Positions 27,318 to 36,434 of a stretch of DNA of 64,000 nucleotides are shown piece by piece. The DNA is from Desulfomonile tiedjei (GTDB taxonomy: Bacteria > Desulfobacterota > Desulfomonilia > Desulfomonilales > Desulfomonilaceae). The position numbers were made by a program, and so were the translations under genes. The DNA lies in NCBI GenBank assembly GCA_016218715.1, contig JACRDG010000054.1, positions 13,940 through 77,939 of the forward strand, read 5' to 3'. Under the pieces are notes generated by a model. It was not told the origin of the DNA, did no database searches, and saw nothing but the letters and a program-made list of their open reading frames with translations. Within the stretch, counting starts at the first letter, position 1. Each line of letters starts with the position of its first letter.

Positions 27318-28011
27318 TTTCCTCATGCAGGTAGCTTGACGTGACAACGCTTCTGTTCGTTTCCCCGACTCGCTGAGCCACTGTCAAGAGTTACGCAGCC
27401 GGATTTCTCCCCATTCGGCGTGAATCGGGCCGCGTTGCTTATTGGGGTTACGGAGTAAAGGGTCCTGCACGTCCTATGGAAGAACACGCTACAAGCAATC
27501 TCAGTTCGGCAAGTCAACGGCGGTACAGAACGCATTGATATTCCTTTATATTATGGGACTCCCATAGTAGGACGAAGCCCTTCGAGAAGCGCTGCCTCGA
27601 GGCAATGGAACTCGAGATTCTGCCCAACAAGCCTGATCGAACCGCGCTGAACATAACCCTCAAACTAAAGCCCGAAAAAAGAACGTCACCTCATCCAATT
27701 ACTCGCGACGAATGAAACAAGGCCTTCTGGTTGGGATACGGCCATATCCACCATGGAGCGGTTGCCGCAAATAATGTCTGATAGACGGCATGGTTTTGAC
27801 GACACGGGGGTGTTGCCCGTTATTTGCGAGCAGGCAATGCGGCTATGCGCAGGACACCTCACCAACCCTGGGCCCAGGACCCCAAACCGTTTCGGCTGCT
27901 TCGATCGAACAGTATTTTTAGCAATCCCGGTGAATCGCCGATCACCAAGATGTCATTGGGCGTCACAATCAAGTCCGCGGCAAAAACCGCGATAGTCGAG
28001 GAGGGGAAACT

Positions 28012-29706
28012 ATGAAGAGGCTGGGTGAGTTGGTATCGTGCTCATGCGTTCTGACTCTGTTGTCCGCGATGGGCTTTTTGGCGATGGCTGCAGGAGGCGA
28101 CGTGACGGCAAGGTTGTCCGGGAGCGTGCATCAGACTTCTTTCGTGCGGCTGGCCGCTGATCTCGATAAGCTTACCGACCAAAAGGCTATTGCTGAAATC
28201 GCCTTTCAGGATGCCGATCCAGCGCAACGAAAAAAAGCGGTTGCCAAGCTGAGAGATCAAAAGGCTCTGGCGGAGTTGGCGGAAAAAGATTTAGACCCCC
28301 ACGTGCGTGCCGAAGCGGTCAAGAAGCTGTCCGATCAACAGATCGTGTTTGAGATCGCGCAGAAAGACGCGGACCCCCTGGTACGCATGGCCGCGCTTGA
28401 GAAGATCCGTGATCAGAAGCAGGTCGCGGAACTGGCCAAAAAGGATGGGGACTCGTCGGTCCGTCTCGCGGCCATAGCCAAGCTTAACGAGCAAGCCGCT
28501 CTAGCAGAGGTCGCACAAAACGACCCCGAGAACGACCTCCGAAAGAAAGCGGTGGAAAAGATTACCAGTCAGGGGCACATAGCAACTGTCGCCCAGAAAG
28601 CAGAAGCTGTGGACATTCGCAAGGCCGCGGTAGCAAAACTTCAGGATCAAAAGGCGCTGGCCGAAGTTGCAAGAAACGACCGGGAAAGTTCCCTTCGGAG
28701 TGCAGCGGTGGAAAAACTCAGAGACCAGCTCGCCCTCGCCGACGTGGCGACGAAGGATACCGATGCCCAAGTCCGAGCACAGGCAGCCAAGAAAATCACT
28801 GAGGATCGCTGTCTCAAGGTGCTCGCTCTGCAGTCTCCGGATACAACGGTCAGGCTGGCCTGCGTCAATCGAGTCCACGATCAGAAGACGCTCGGTCCCG
28901 TCGCGCAGAACGACGCTGAACCGGAAATCCGTCGCGCAGCCCTCAAGAAGCTTTCTGACGACAAAGCCTTGGCCGCAGTGGCAAAGAAAGACACGGATCA
29001 GACCATACGCACGGCTGCGGTAGAAAAACTGAGAGACCAAAAGGCCTTGGCCGAGATCTGCAGAACCGACTCGTCTCCTGAGATTCGCAAGGTGGCATTG
29101 GATCGTATCAAGGACCCAGCCCACATTGGTGCGGCGGTGTCGGGCAACTCGGATGCTACAATCAAGTCGCTCGGGTTGGAACGGATCATGAAGCAGCGGA
29201 ATCTCGACAAACTCCTGCCGGAACAGAAACGCAAAGCGACGATACTGCAAACCCTTTTGCTGGAGCCACCGGTATTTGAACATTACGGATTTGCCAGCCT
29301 AACCTATAGCTTTTGGACAAATCGGAAGGAATACACGATCCGGGACACGGGCCAACAGGTTTCACTCACTGAGGAAACCGCGAGCGTCCGCATAACCGGA
29401 AAGGATGGAAAGCCTATCTCTAACCGCACCTATGAGAGTGCCAAGGGTCAACCCACTGAGACCTTTCCCGCGGCGTCCAATGTCGCGTTTGATAGGACGA
29501 ATTCGGTCGATGTCAATATTGCCGAGATTTGCGATGATATCCTGAAGCCGTTTGACCCAAGTACCCAGGAGCAACTCCATCCGGCATCGACCGGCGCGAG
29601 AGGGGTATTTTGTTGTCGCTCGGGAGTGTGTCGAAAGGAAAGGACCGCTAACAACTGTAATGCAGCGGGGGGCAAAGTAGTTACGGATTGCAGCCACTGC
29701 AAGTAG
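28012..29706 (+). CDS. Secreted HEAT/PBS-lyase-like repeat protein with Cys-rich C-terminal tail
   Basis: GAGGAGGGG SD. Signal-like LVSCSCVLTLLSAMGFLAMAAG. Thirteen in-phase 26-residue repeats (DQKALAEvAxxDxDxxVRxxAVxKLx). A ~170-aa unique C-terminus ends in CCRSGVCRKERTANNCNAAGGKVVTDCSHCK. Confidence 0.85.
   Translation: MKRLGELVSCSCVLTLLSAMGFLAMAAGGDVTARLSGSVHQTSFVRLAADLDKLTDQKAIAEIAFQDADPAQRKKAVAKLRDQKALAELAEKDLDPHVRAEAVKKLSDQQIVFEIAQKDADPLVRMAALEKIRDQKQVAELAKKDGDSSVRLAAIAKLNEQAALAEVAQNDPENDLRKKAVEKITSQGHIATVAQKAEAVDIRKAAVAKLQDQKALAEVARNDRESSLRSAAVEKLRDQLALADVATKDTDAQVRAQAAKKITEDRCLKVLALQSPDTTVRLACVNRVHDQKTLGPVAQNDAEPEIRRAALKKLSDDKALAAVAKKDTDQTIRTAAVEKLRDQKALAEICRTDSSPEIRKVALDRIKDPAHIGAAVSGNSDATIKSLGLERIMKQRNLDKLLPEQKRKATILQTLLLEPPVFEHYGFASLTYSFWTNRKEYTIRDTGQQVSLTEETASVRITGKDGKPISNRTYESAKGQPTETFPAASNVAFDRTNSVDVNIAEICDDILKPFDPSTQEQLHPASTGARGVFCCRSGVCRKERTANNCNAAGGKVVTDCSHCK
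28177..29190 (+). repeat. 13 x 78-nt in-frame tandem repeats inside the HEAT-like gene
   Basis: Residues 56-393 split into 13 consecutive 26-residue units with no indels. The units have diverged at the DNA level. Confidence 0.8.
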
Positions 29707-29721
29707 GTCCAATGCTGAGTG

Positions 29722-29883
29722 TCACTTCTCATAACTGACTGGCGTGGCCGTGGCCGAACCCTGCTTGCTATTGTCGAGGGCTAGAGCGGCGTCCTGCAAA
29801 CACGAGGCATGATGATGGCCACTTCCATGGCTTGGGAGACAGCAGGCGGCGGTCAACTCAATTTTCACCGACTTCCTGGCCAT
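29722..29883 (-). CDS. 53-codon Cys/His-rich small ORF at the 3' end of the Mo-enzyme operon (speculative)
   Basis: My own translation: MARKSVKIELTAACCLPSHGSGHHHASCLQDAALALDNSKQGSATATPVSYEK. GGAGGT lies 5 nt before ATG 29883. The ORF starts 51 nt after the GltD-like stop. It is too short for the ORF track. Confidence 0.4.
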   Translation of the reverse strand: MARKSVKIELTAACCLPSHGSGHHHASCLQDAALALDNSKQGSATATPVSYEK

Positions 29884-29934
29884 GGAAGACCTCCATGACC
29901 AAGCTTATAGTACTGTTAGCTCCGGAACGCGACT

Positions 29935-31887
29935 CTAATATGTCTCGGCCTCAGTTGGGCGGCGGGCGCTGAAATCCGGCTGGCCGCCTGCGATTCTGGC
30001 GGCGTGGGCTATCCGCTTGCATTCGGGGCAGAGTTTTTGCCCGAGGGCTTTGTCGGGAGCCTCCACCAATCTGTTCACGTGACGCAACAGGATCGTCGGG
30101 ATATAGTGCACCCCGCACCCTTCGCACCGTTCGAGCTTTATTCGATTGATCACCGTTCCGCTCATGAGAATGAGACGCTCGCCGTCCCGGTCTTCCATCT
30201 GGAGAGCGCCCGTAGGGCAGATGTTCACACAAGACCCGCAGCCAATGCACTTCGGGAGCCCGCGCGCGTAGTCCTTCAGAATGAGCGAACTCTCCCCTGC
30301 ATGGTGGAATTTGATGGCCGATACACCGAGTCTGTCCTCGCAGACCTCTACGCATTTGCCGCATCGCTCGCAAATGTCACAGCGCATACACCGTCGGGCT
30401 TCCTGCCGAGCGGCTATCTCGTCCAGTCCCAGCTCGACCTGGTCGAAGGTGTGCATCCTCCTGTCCAAGTCTATGAGCGGGATTTCTTGGCGCTGTATAA
30501 ATGCTTTCTCGTGGTAATCCATTCGGGTCGGCGGCACCATGGTGCGGGGCCGAGGGAAGGCCTGCGCATGGAAATCCTGGCCGCGGAGGAATGCATGGAT
30601 CGCCCTGGCGGCTTTTTTACCGGCGCCGATGGCCTGGACCACCGTTGCAGGACCCGTCACCGCGTCTCCGCCGGCAAAGACGTCGCTGATGCTCGTCTGT
30701 TGATTGTGTGCTTTCACCCATATGGTCTCCCGCCGGGTGAGTTCCAGATCTCCCAGGCCAGGATAGCTGAGAACGGCAGGCTTTTGGCCTATCGCTGCTA
30801 TCACCGCTCCCACGGGCATTTTGTATTCGGACCCATCGACGGGGGTGGGTCTTCGTCGGCCGCTCTCATCCGGCTCGCCGAGCGTTGCCATGAGGCATTC
30901 CAGGGAATCGATTTTACCGAAACTTCCGAGGATCCTGGAAGGGATGGTGAGCTGATGGACATGGATCCCCTCTTCCGCCATCTGGATGATTTCCTCGAAG
31001 TGCGCGGGCATTTCGGAACGGGTGCGGCGATAGACGATGCTCACCGACTGCGAACCAAGACGCACGCACGTTCGGGCGGCATCCACAGCGGCATTGCCCC
31101 CGCCAATAATGGCCACGCTGTTCGCTGGCTTGATTTTCTTCCCCAAGGACACGTCCTTGAGGAAGTTCAAGGCACTCAACACCTGGGGGTACTCTTCTTC
31201 TCCCGGAATGGCGAGTTTAAGGCCTTCCCAGGCCCCGATACCCAGGAAAAAGGCCTTGTAACCGTCCTTTCGCAGGTGATCGAGCGTAAGATCGGAGCCA
31301 ACAGCAGTGTTGACGTTGAATTCCACTCCCATGGCGCCGATGGCCTCTATTTCCCTCCGCACCACGTGACGAGGTAACCGAAACTCCGGGATACCTGCAA
31401 TCATGAGACCGCCCGGTTCCGGCATCGCCTCGAAGACCGTCACGGGGTACCCTTCCCACGCCAGGAAATACGCAGCGGTGAGCCCGGCCGGTCCGGATCC
31501 GATAATAGCCACTTTCTCCGTGAACTTGTTCTCCGGCTCCGGAATCTTGTAGCCTCGACCCTTATCGTTGACCATCTTGGCTGCCAGGCCCTTGAGGTCC
31601 TTGATGCACAGGGATTTGTCGAGATATCGCCGCTGACACCAGGACTCACAGGGATTGGTGCAGACGAGGCCGCAGACCCAGGGAAACGGATTGTCCTGCC
31701 TGATGATCTCGATAGCCTCGTCGTACCGCCCGAGTGCTATCAGGGCCACGTACGAAGGGATGTCTATGCCTGCGGGACAGTTGATTTGGCACGGCGCCGA
31801 GGATTCACGTTTGAGGCCGTCTTCCGCGTAGACAATCCGGTCTTTGTCCGCCGCCGGTCCGGGAGAAAACAATGGGTCGACTGCCAT
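29935..31887 (-). CDS. GltD-like NAD(P)H-dependent FAD oxidoreductase with C-terminal 2x[4Fe-4S] ferredoxin domains
   Basis: ATG 31887 (AAGGAA upstream) lies 13 nt after the ferredoxin stop. GltD-type N-terminal cluster region CQINCPAGIDIPSYV...NPFPWVCGLVCTNPCESWC. Dinucleotide folds VAIIGSGPAGLTAA and VAIIGGGNAAVDAA. C-terminal motifs CMRCDICERCGKC and CIGCGSCVNICP. Confidence 0.85.
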   Translation of the reverse strand: MAVDPLFSPGPAADKDRIVYAEDGLKRESSAPCQINCPAGIDIPSYVALIALGRYDEAIEIIRQDNPFPWVCGLVCTNPCESWCQRRYLDKSLCIKDLKGLAAKMVNDKGRGYKIPEPENKFTEKVAIIGSGPAGLTAAYFLAWEGYPVTVFEAMPEPGGLMIAGIPEFRLPRHVVRREIEAIGAMGVEFNVNTAVGSDLTLDHLRKDGYKAFFLGIGAWEGLKLAIPGEEEYPQVLSALNFLKDVSLGKKIKPANSVAIIGGGNAAVDAARTCVRLGSQSVSIVYRRTRSEMPAHFEEIIQMAEEGIHVHQLTIPSRILGSFGKIDSLECLMATLGEPDESGRRRPTPVDGSEYKMPVGAVIAAIGQKPAVLSYPGLGDLELTRRETIWVKAHNQQTSISDVFAGGDAVTGPATVVQAIGAGKKAARAIHAFLRGQDFHAQAFPRPRTMVPPTRMDYHEKAFIQRQEIPLIDLDRRMHTFDQVELGLDEIAARQEARRCMRCDICERCGKCVEVCEDRLGVSAIKFHHAGESSLILKDYARGLPKCIGCGSCVNICPTGALQMEDRDGERLILMSGTVINRIKLERCEGCGVHYIPTILLRHVNRLVEAPDKALGQKLCPECKRIAHAARIAGGQPDFSARRPTEAETY

Positions 31888-31900
31888 AAGCTGTTCCTTT

Positions 31901-32413
31901 TCAGGGATTGGGCACATCCTGAGCGATTCCTCTGGCAAAACGCTCCCGCCTAGCTGCTGTGGACTCGGACGGGGAGACCCATTTGAGCGCGGCCGTCGTG
32001 CAACCGGTTACGCAAGCAGGCTCCAGTCCCTGATCGACGCGATCCTTGCAGTAGTCACATTTGAAGACGCGCCCGTGCTCTTTGTCCCACTGAGGAGCAC
32101 CCCACGGACATGCTGTAATGCATGCCTTGCATCCGATACACAGGGACGGATCCACGAAAACGATACCGTCCGCCTGGCGCTTCTGCATGGCTCCGGTCGG
32201 ACATGCTGAGACGCACCACGGCTTTTCGCAGTGAAAACACGGCATAAATATGAACTGAATTCTCGGGACGCCTTTCTGCATCTGTGGACCGACCGGAACG
32301 ATCTTGCAATAGCTCGGCCCGACCGGAACATCGTTCTGCGTCTTGCAGTGCAGCTCGCAGGCTCGGCAACCGATGCATCTGTTCTGATCCTGATATATGT
32401 AGTAGTCGCTCAT
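31901..32413 (-). CDS. 4x[4Fe-4S] ferredoxin-type electron-transfer subunit (PsrB/DmsB-like), no signal peptide
   Basis: Cys motifs CIGCRACELHC, CFHCEKPWCVSACP, CIGCKACITACP and CDYCKDR...C. AGAGGAG SD. Confidence 0.9.
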   Translation of the reverse strand: MSDYYIYQDQNRCIGCRACELHCKTQNDVPVGPSYCKIVPVGPQMQKGVPRIQFIFMPCFHCEKPWCVSACPTGAMQKRQADGIVFVDPSLCIGCKACITACPWGAPQWDKEHGRVFKCDYCKDRVDQGLEPACVTGCTTAALKWVSPSESTAARRERFARGIAQDVPNP

Positions 32414-32439
32414 ATTCGCAGCTCCTCTGTCGATGGTCT

Positions 32440-34533
32440 CTACGATACCTTGCGTACACGCACGAAACAGTCGGTCACGGGACAGTTCCCGCCGACGGCA
32501 ACCGTCAGCAGTCCCTTCATGAGGGTGTTGTCCCGCATACCCTTTCTGTAGGCCCGACTTTGCAGGGGGATCTCTCTGCCATATCCGTGGAGAGTATAGA
32601 CTGCCTCAGGATGAATCAAGTCCGTCACCGAAGCCCTGACGGTCTGGGCCACGCCTTCGGCCGACACTTCTACCAAATCACCGGTTTTTATTCCGAGCTT
32701 CCCGGCTTCAGCAGTATTCATCCACAGGGTATTCTCCGACTGCAATTCGTTCAGGTACAGATTGTTCAGTGAAGTGCCCTGCGTGTGAAGTGCGATCTTG
32801 CCGGTGACGAGGCGATAATGACCTTCAGGCGGGGTCTTGGGATTCTCATACACCGGGAATGACGCGATGCCGTTATCCTCCAGCATGGACGATTTCAGTT
32901 CTATCTTCCCTGACTTTGTCTTGAACTTCAAGCCGTCCTTGCGATCCCAGAGGATCTGCTCCCGTGAAAGTTCTATGTACCCTTTTTGGTCAAAATCATT
33001 CAGCCGGAAACCGGTATCCTTCAACTGCCAGTCGATCAGCTCTTCAATGGTGGTGTAAGGGAAGTACTCGCCGATGCCGAGACGATCCGCCAGTTGCTTG
33101 AAGATCCACCACTTGGGTTTGGTGTCGTACTTTGGTTCCACCGCCTGTCGCCGCAACCAGAGCGCGGGTTTGGGGCCGCCCTTTGCAATGACCGGGTCGG
33201 TTCTTTCCAGGTAGGTCGATTCCGGCAATATCACGTCGGAAACCCATCCGGTATGGCTGTAGTTCACATCGATGGTTACCAGCAGGTCCAGTTTCGAGAG
33301 TCCCTCAGCGAACGCCTCGGGATCGGGAAGCGCGGAGAGCGGATCGTAACGGTAGCAGATGAACGCCTTGACTGGATAGGGATCTTCGTTGAGGATCGCG
33401 TGTGGGAGCATCTGAGCCAGCCCGTAATCGGGCGAAAGATGCTTGTACTTCCACCCGACTCCGTCGAAGCGTTTCTTCTCTACTTTGGGGATGCCGGTGA
33501 CGAGTTTGCGCACGGGCTTGTACCCTGCGTCGGCCTCACTTTTGTTGAACAGAAGCCCTCCCTTCGCCTCGTACACGCCTAAGAGTGCATTAAGAATGTA
33601 AATGGATCGCCTGAAATAGTAGTCGTTCTCCGTCCAGGCGGTCATCCATCCCTGATTGAGGATTACCGCGGGACTGGCATCGGCGATCTCATGTGCGATG
33701 GTTTTGATCGCTTTTGCAGGGACCCCGGTCTCCTTTTCAGCCCACTCCGGTGTGTAGGGCTCAATGAACGAGGCCAGTTCCTTCATGCCAAGGACCCATC
33801 GCTCGACAAAATCCGCATCGTAGAGCCGTTCACTCATGAGCACCTGGATAAGAGCCAGATTGAAAGCGTAGTCCGTTCCCGGTCTGATCATGTGGAAACG
33901 GTTCGCCTTGGCCGCGGTATAGTTCCAGCGCACGTCGATGTGCGTGAACTTCATGCCTCTCTCCAGCGCGTCGATGAAGTCTTTGGCCTCTTTGGTCCCG
34001 ATCGACTCGAGGATGTTCCGGCCGTACAGAACCGCGTACTTGCAGTTTTTCCAATCGTACGCGACCGTATTTCGCCGGTGACCGGCCATGGCATTATGTG
34101 CGTTGTGCACGCTGTTGGAGCAGGAACCGTGGTGGTTGACGTAATTCGGGGAACCCAGTGCCTTAATGAACGCCTTCTGCATGTCCGTAAACGGACCGCC
34201 TCGGTCGCCAAGCACAATGCTCTCACCGCCGGAGCTTTTTCTGATTTGGTTCAGCTTCTCGGCAACGTAGTCGAGCGCCTCGTCCCACGTGGCTTTTCTC
34301 CACTTTCCGGAACCTCGATTGCCGTCTCTTATGACCGGGTGCTGCAGTCGCTCCGAATCATTCTCGAAGACCTTCCCTGCCGCTCCTCTCGGGCACAGAA
34401 ATCGCCCTCCGAGCAGGTGGGGATTCCCCCAGAGGTGCTTGACCATACCGTTTTCCACCTCAACCTCGATCGGGCAACGGACGGTGCACATGGCGCAAAC
34501 GCTGTAGACGGATGTGCTCCTGGTTTCAGACAT
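32440..34533 (-). CDS. Molybdo/tungstopterin (MopB superfamily) oxidoreductase catalytic subunit, PsrA/PhsA/acetylene-hydratase-like, cytoplasmic
   Basis: ATG 34533 (AGAGGA upstream). The N-terminus MSETRSTSVYSVCAMCTVRCPIEV carries the CxxCxxxC cluster motif directly, with no RR leader. Probable metal-ligand region HHGSCSNS. The motifs DPYPVKAF and DVILPESTYLER are shared with this clade. Confidence 0.9.
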   Translation of the reverse strand: MSETRSTSVYSVCAMCTVRCPIEVEVENGMVKHLWGNPHLLGGRFLCPRGAAGKVFENDSERLQHPVIRDGNRGSGKWRKATWDEALDYVAEKLNQIRKSSGGESIVLGDRGGPFTDMQKAFIKALGSPNYVNHHGSCSNSVHNAHNAMAGHRRNTVAYDWKNCKYAVLYGRNILESIGTKEAKDFIDALERGMKFTHIDVRWNYTAAKANRFHMIRPGTDYAFNLALIQVLMSERLYDADFVERWVLGMKELASFIEPYTPEWAEKETGVPAKAIKTIAHEIADASPAVILNQGWMTAWTENDYYFRRSIYILNALLGVYEAKGGLLFNKSEADAGYKPVRKLVTGIPKVEKKRFDGVGWKYKHLSPDYGLAQMLPHAILNEDPYPVKAFICYRYDPLSALPDPEAFAEGLSKLDLLVTIDVNYSHTGWVSDVILPESTYLERTDPVIAKGGPKPALWLRRQAVEPKYDTKPKWWIFKQLADRLGIGEYFPYTTIEELIDWQLKDTGFRLNDFDQKGYIELSREQILWDRKDGLKFKTKSGKIELKSSMLEDNGIASFPVYENPKTPPEGHYRLVTGKIALHTQGTSLNNLYLNELQSENTLWMNTAEAGKLGIKTGDLVEVSAEGVAQTVRASVTDLIHPEAVYTLHGYGREIPLQSRAYRKGMRDNTLMKGLLTVAVGGNCPVTDCFVRVRKVS

Positions 34534-34563
34534 CTTTGATTCCTCTCGCCTCATATATAGGCC

Positions 34564-35151
34564 TCAGACTGTTGTTTGTCGGTTGGTAGCCCCTAAATTC
34601 GCCGTTTCCTGAAGTCCGCGAGGATTCCCGTCAACGGAATCGAGCATTTGCTTTATCGTTCGAAAGTAAGGGAGCCGGTTTTTGACCCTCTTGAACCCGA
34701 GATAGGCGGCTGCGTAGAGGGCTATGAAAACGCAGACATAGGTTACGCTGCTTCCGGTGAACAGCAGGGGAAACTCCACGTCTGTAAAGCGGGAACCCAT
34801 CCAGGTAAGAGCGAAGAAGACGGGCCACAGAAATGCAGCGGAAAAGGCGATCTGCATGAAAAACGTCCGCCCAAAAGCGTCGTTGGCTAGTTTATTGGAA
34901 GCTTTGTAGGCAGTCTGATCACCGGCTGCTTGGGCATCTTCGGAGAGGTTCTGGTAATGAACCATCTCCTCGGTGGTCCTGTCGATGTGCTTCCGGCAGA
35001 TGAGAAATACCACCGAGATGCATAGTTCTCCAATGAGCAGGGTCACAAACGCCAGTACAAACGTCCCGATGAGAAAGTCCGGGAAAGTATGCCCGGTCAA
35101 TCGGTAGAACCAGATCACGTACGGATCGATCGCCAGGAGTATCGGGTGCAT
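34564..35151 (-). CDS. Integral membrane protein of unknown function (195 aa, ~4 TM)
   Basis: GAGGA SD. Hydrophobic helices flank a polar loop (TEEMVHYQNLSEDAQAAGDQTAYKASNKLAND). Confidence 0.7.
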   Translation of the reverse strand: MHPILLAIDPYVIWFYRLTGHTFPDFLIGTFVLAFVTLLIGELCISVVFLICRKHIDRTTEEMVHYQNLSEDAQAAGDQTAYKASNKLANDAFGRTFFMQIAFSAAFLWPVFFALTWMGSRFTDVEFPLLFTGSSVTYVCVFIALYAAAYLGFKRVKNRLPYFRTIKQMLDSVDGNPRGLQETANLGATNRQTTV

Positions 35152-35176
35152 GGTGTTTCCTCGTGATCGTGATCGC

Positions 35177-35212
35177 GCCGGTCACTGAGTCCTCTCAGGC
35201 TCAGTGACCGGC
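35177..35212 (-). other. Perfect 13-bp stem-loop between the permease and the membrane-protein gene
   Basis: GCCGGTCACTGAG - 10 nt - CTCAGTGACCGGC. It begins 11 nt after the TauE stop and ends 25 nt before the next ATG. There is no U-tract. Confidence 0.55.
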
Positions 35213-35222
35213 CGCAATCCGC

Positions 35223-36389
35223 TTAGAGTCCGGGGAGTGAAAAGTCGAAGAACCCGCGAAGAGTGTACCCGATACCCACGTATAGGGCAAGCACCACGAA
35301 GAGCCGCTTCAACCATATGTCCGGGATCTTTTTCGACGTCATGGGTCCCAACACGGAACCGATGGCGATTCCCACGAGTTCGATGCCAATAAACATCAGG
35401 TCGGCCGGAACATTCTTGACGAACATGTACGACAGGATCGAGCTGATCATGCCGACGAGAACCGCGAGTGCCGAGGTTCCTGCCACGATGTACATCGGGA
35501 GGCCCGCCACTGATGTCAGGTAGGGAACATACAGAAAGCCGCCACCCACTCCGATAAAGGACGAGATTGCATTGATGAAGAACCCCCCGATCAAGGCCAG
35601 AACCGGGCTGAAGCCGAACTCGACACCGTAGAAGGTAAATGTGGTGCGGCTCAGGCCCCATTGCTTGACGCGGACGCCCATGTCAGTACTCATGGCGCCG
35701 CTACCGGTGCTGCCCTTCTTGATGTGCTCTTTCTCAAAGGCCGCGGCCGCTTCCTTTGCCGCCTTCTTGCTGGCCTGTCCTCTAGGAGTCGTATCATAGA
35801 AAAGGAATCCACCGATCACCAGGACCGTAATTCCGAAGTACCCCACATATTGGCTGAGCTGGATCTTGCCTGCAGTCAACACCGGAATGAGCACACCTGC
35901 AGCGATCCCGCCCACCGCGAGACAGATGCCCAGCGGAAGGACCAGCCGGCCCATCCGATAGTACGTTGCCGAGGAGATCAACGCTGACAAGCCCACCAGG
36001 TATTGATTGCTCATCCGGATGGAATCCGTGAGCAGCTTGTTGAGTGCGGGGTTGGTCTTCTTGAAGGTCTTGGCGTAGTCTCCCAACCCGAATACCGTGA
36101 TGTGGCCCACTCCCGCCATGATGCCGCCGAACGCGCCCACGGTGGAAAAGATCCAGCCGACCCAGATCCCCCAGACAATCCCTAAGAGCCAAAATGGCCT
36201 CGCTCCACCCGGGATTCCCAGGAACCCTGGTTCACCTTTGGGGTCAATCATCCCCGGGCCTGTGCCCTGAGGGGTACTGGCGATGGCGTCTTGTAGTTTG
36301 TCCGCGGCCGCTGGGCTCGCGAGGAGTACGGTGCTCATGACAGCGACTGCTGCCACCAGCCCCAATATAACCCAGTTGTTTTGCTTCAT
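35223..36389 (-). CDS. TauE/SafE (TSUP) family anion permease, 388 aa, with N-terminal signal/anchor
   Basis: GGAGGT SD. Two TSUP half-domains with Gly-rich helices (FSTVGAFGGIMAGVG; SFIGVGGGFLYVP) are separated by a Lys/Ala-rich cytoplasmic loop. Confidence 0.8.
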   Translation of the reverse strand: MKQNNWVILGLVAAVAVMSTVLLASPAAADKLQDAIASTPQGTGPGMIDPKGEPGFLGIPGGARPFWLLGIVWGIWVGWIFSTVGAFGGIMAGVGHITVFGLGDYAKTFKKTNPALNKLLTDSIRMSNQYLVGLSALISSATYYRMGRLVLPLGICLAVGGIAAGVLIPVLTAGKIQLSQYVGYFGITVLVIGGFLFYDTTPRGQASKKAAKEAAAAFEKEHIKKGSTGSGAMSTDMGVRVKQWGLSRTTFTFYGVEFGFSPVLALIGGFFINAISSFIGVGGGFLYVPYLTSVAGLPMYIVAGTSALAVLVGMISSILSYMFVKNVPADLMFIGIELVGIAIGSVLGPMTSKKIPDIWLKRLFVVLALYVGIGYTLRGFFDFSLPGL

Positions 36390-36434
36390 CGGTACCTCCG
36401 TGTTCTCGTATGCCTATATCTTCCACCGGGACGT

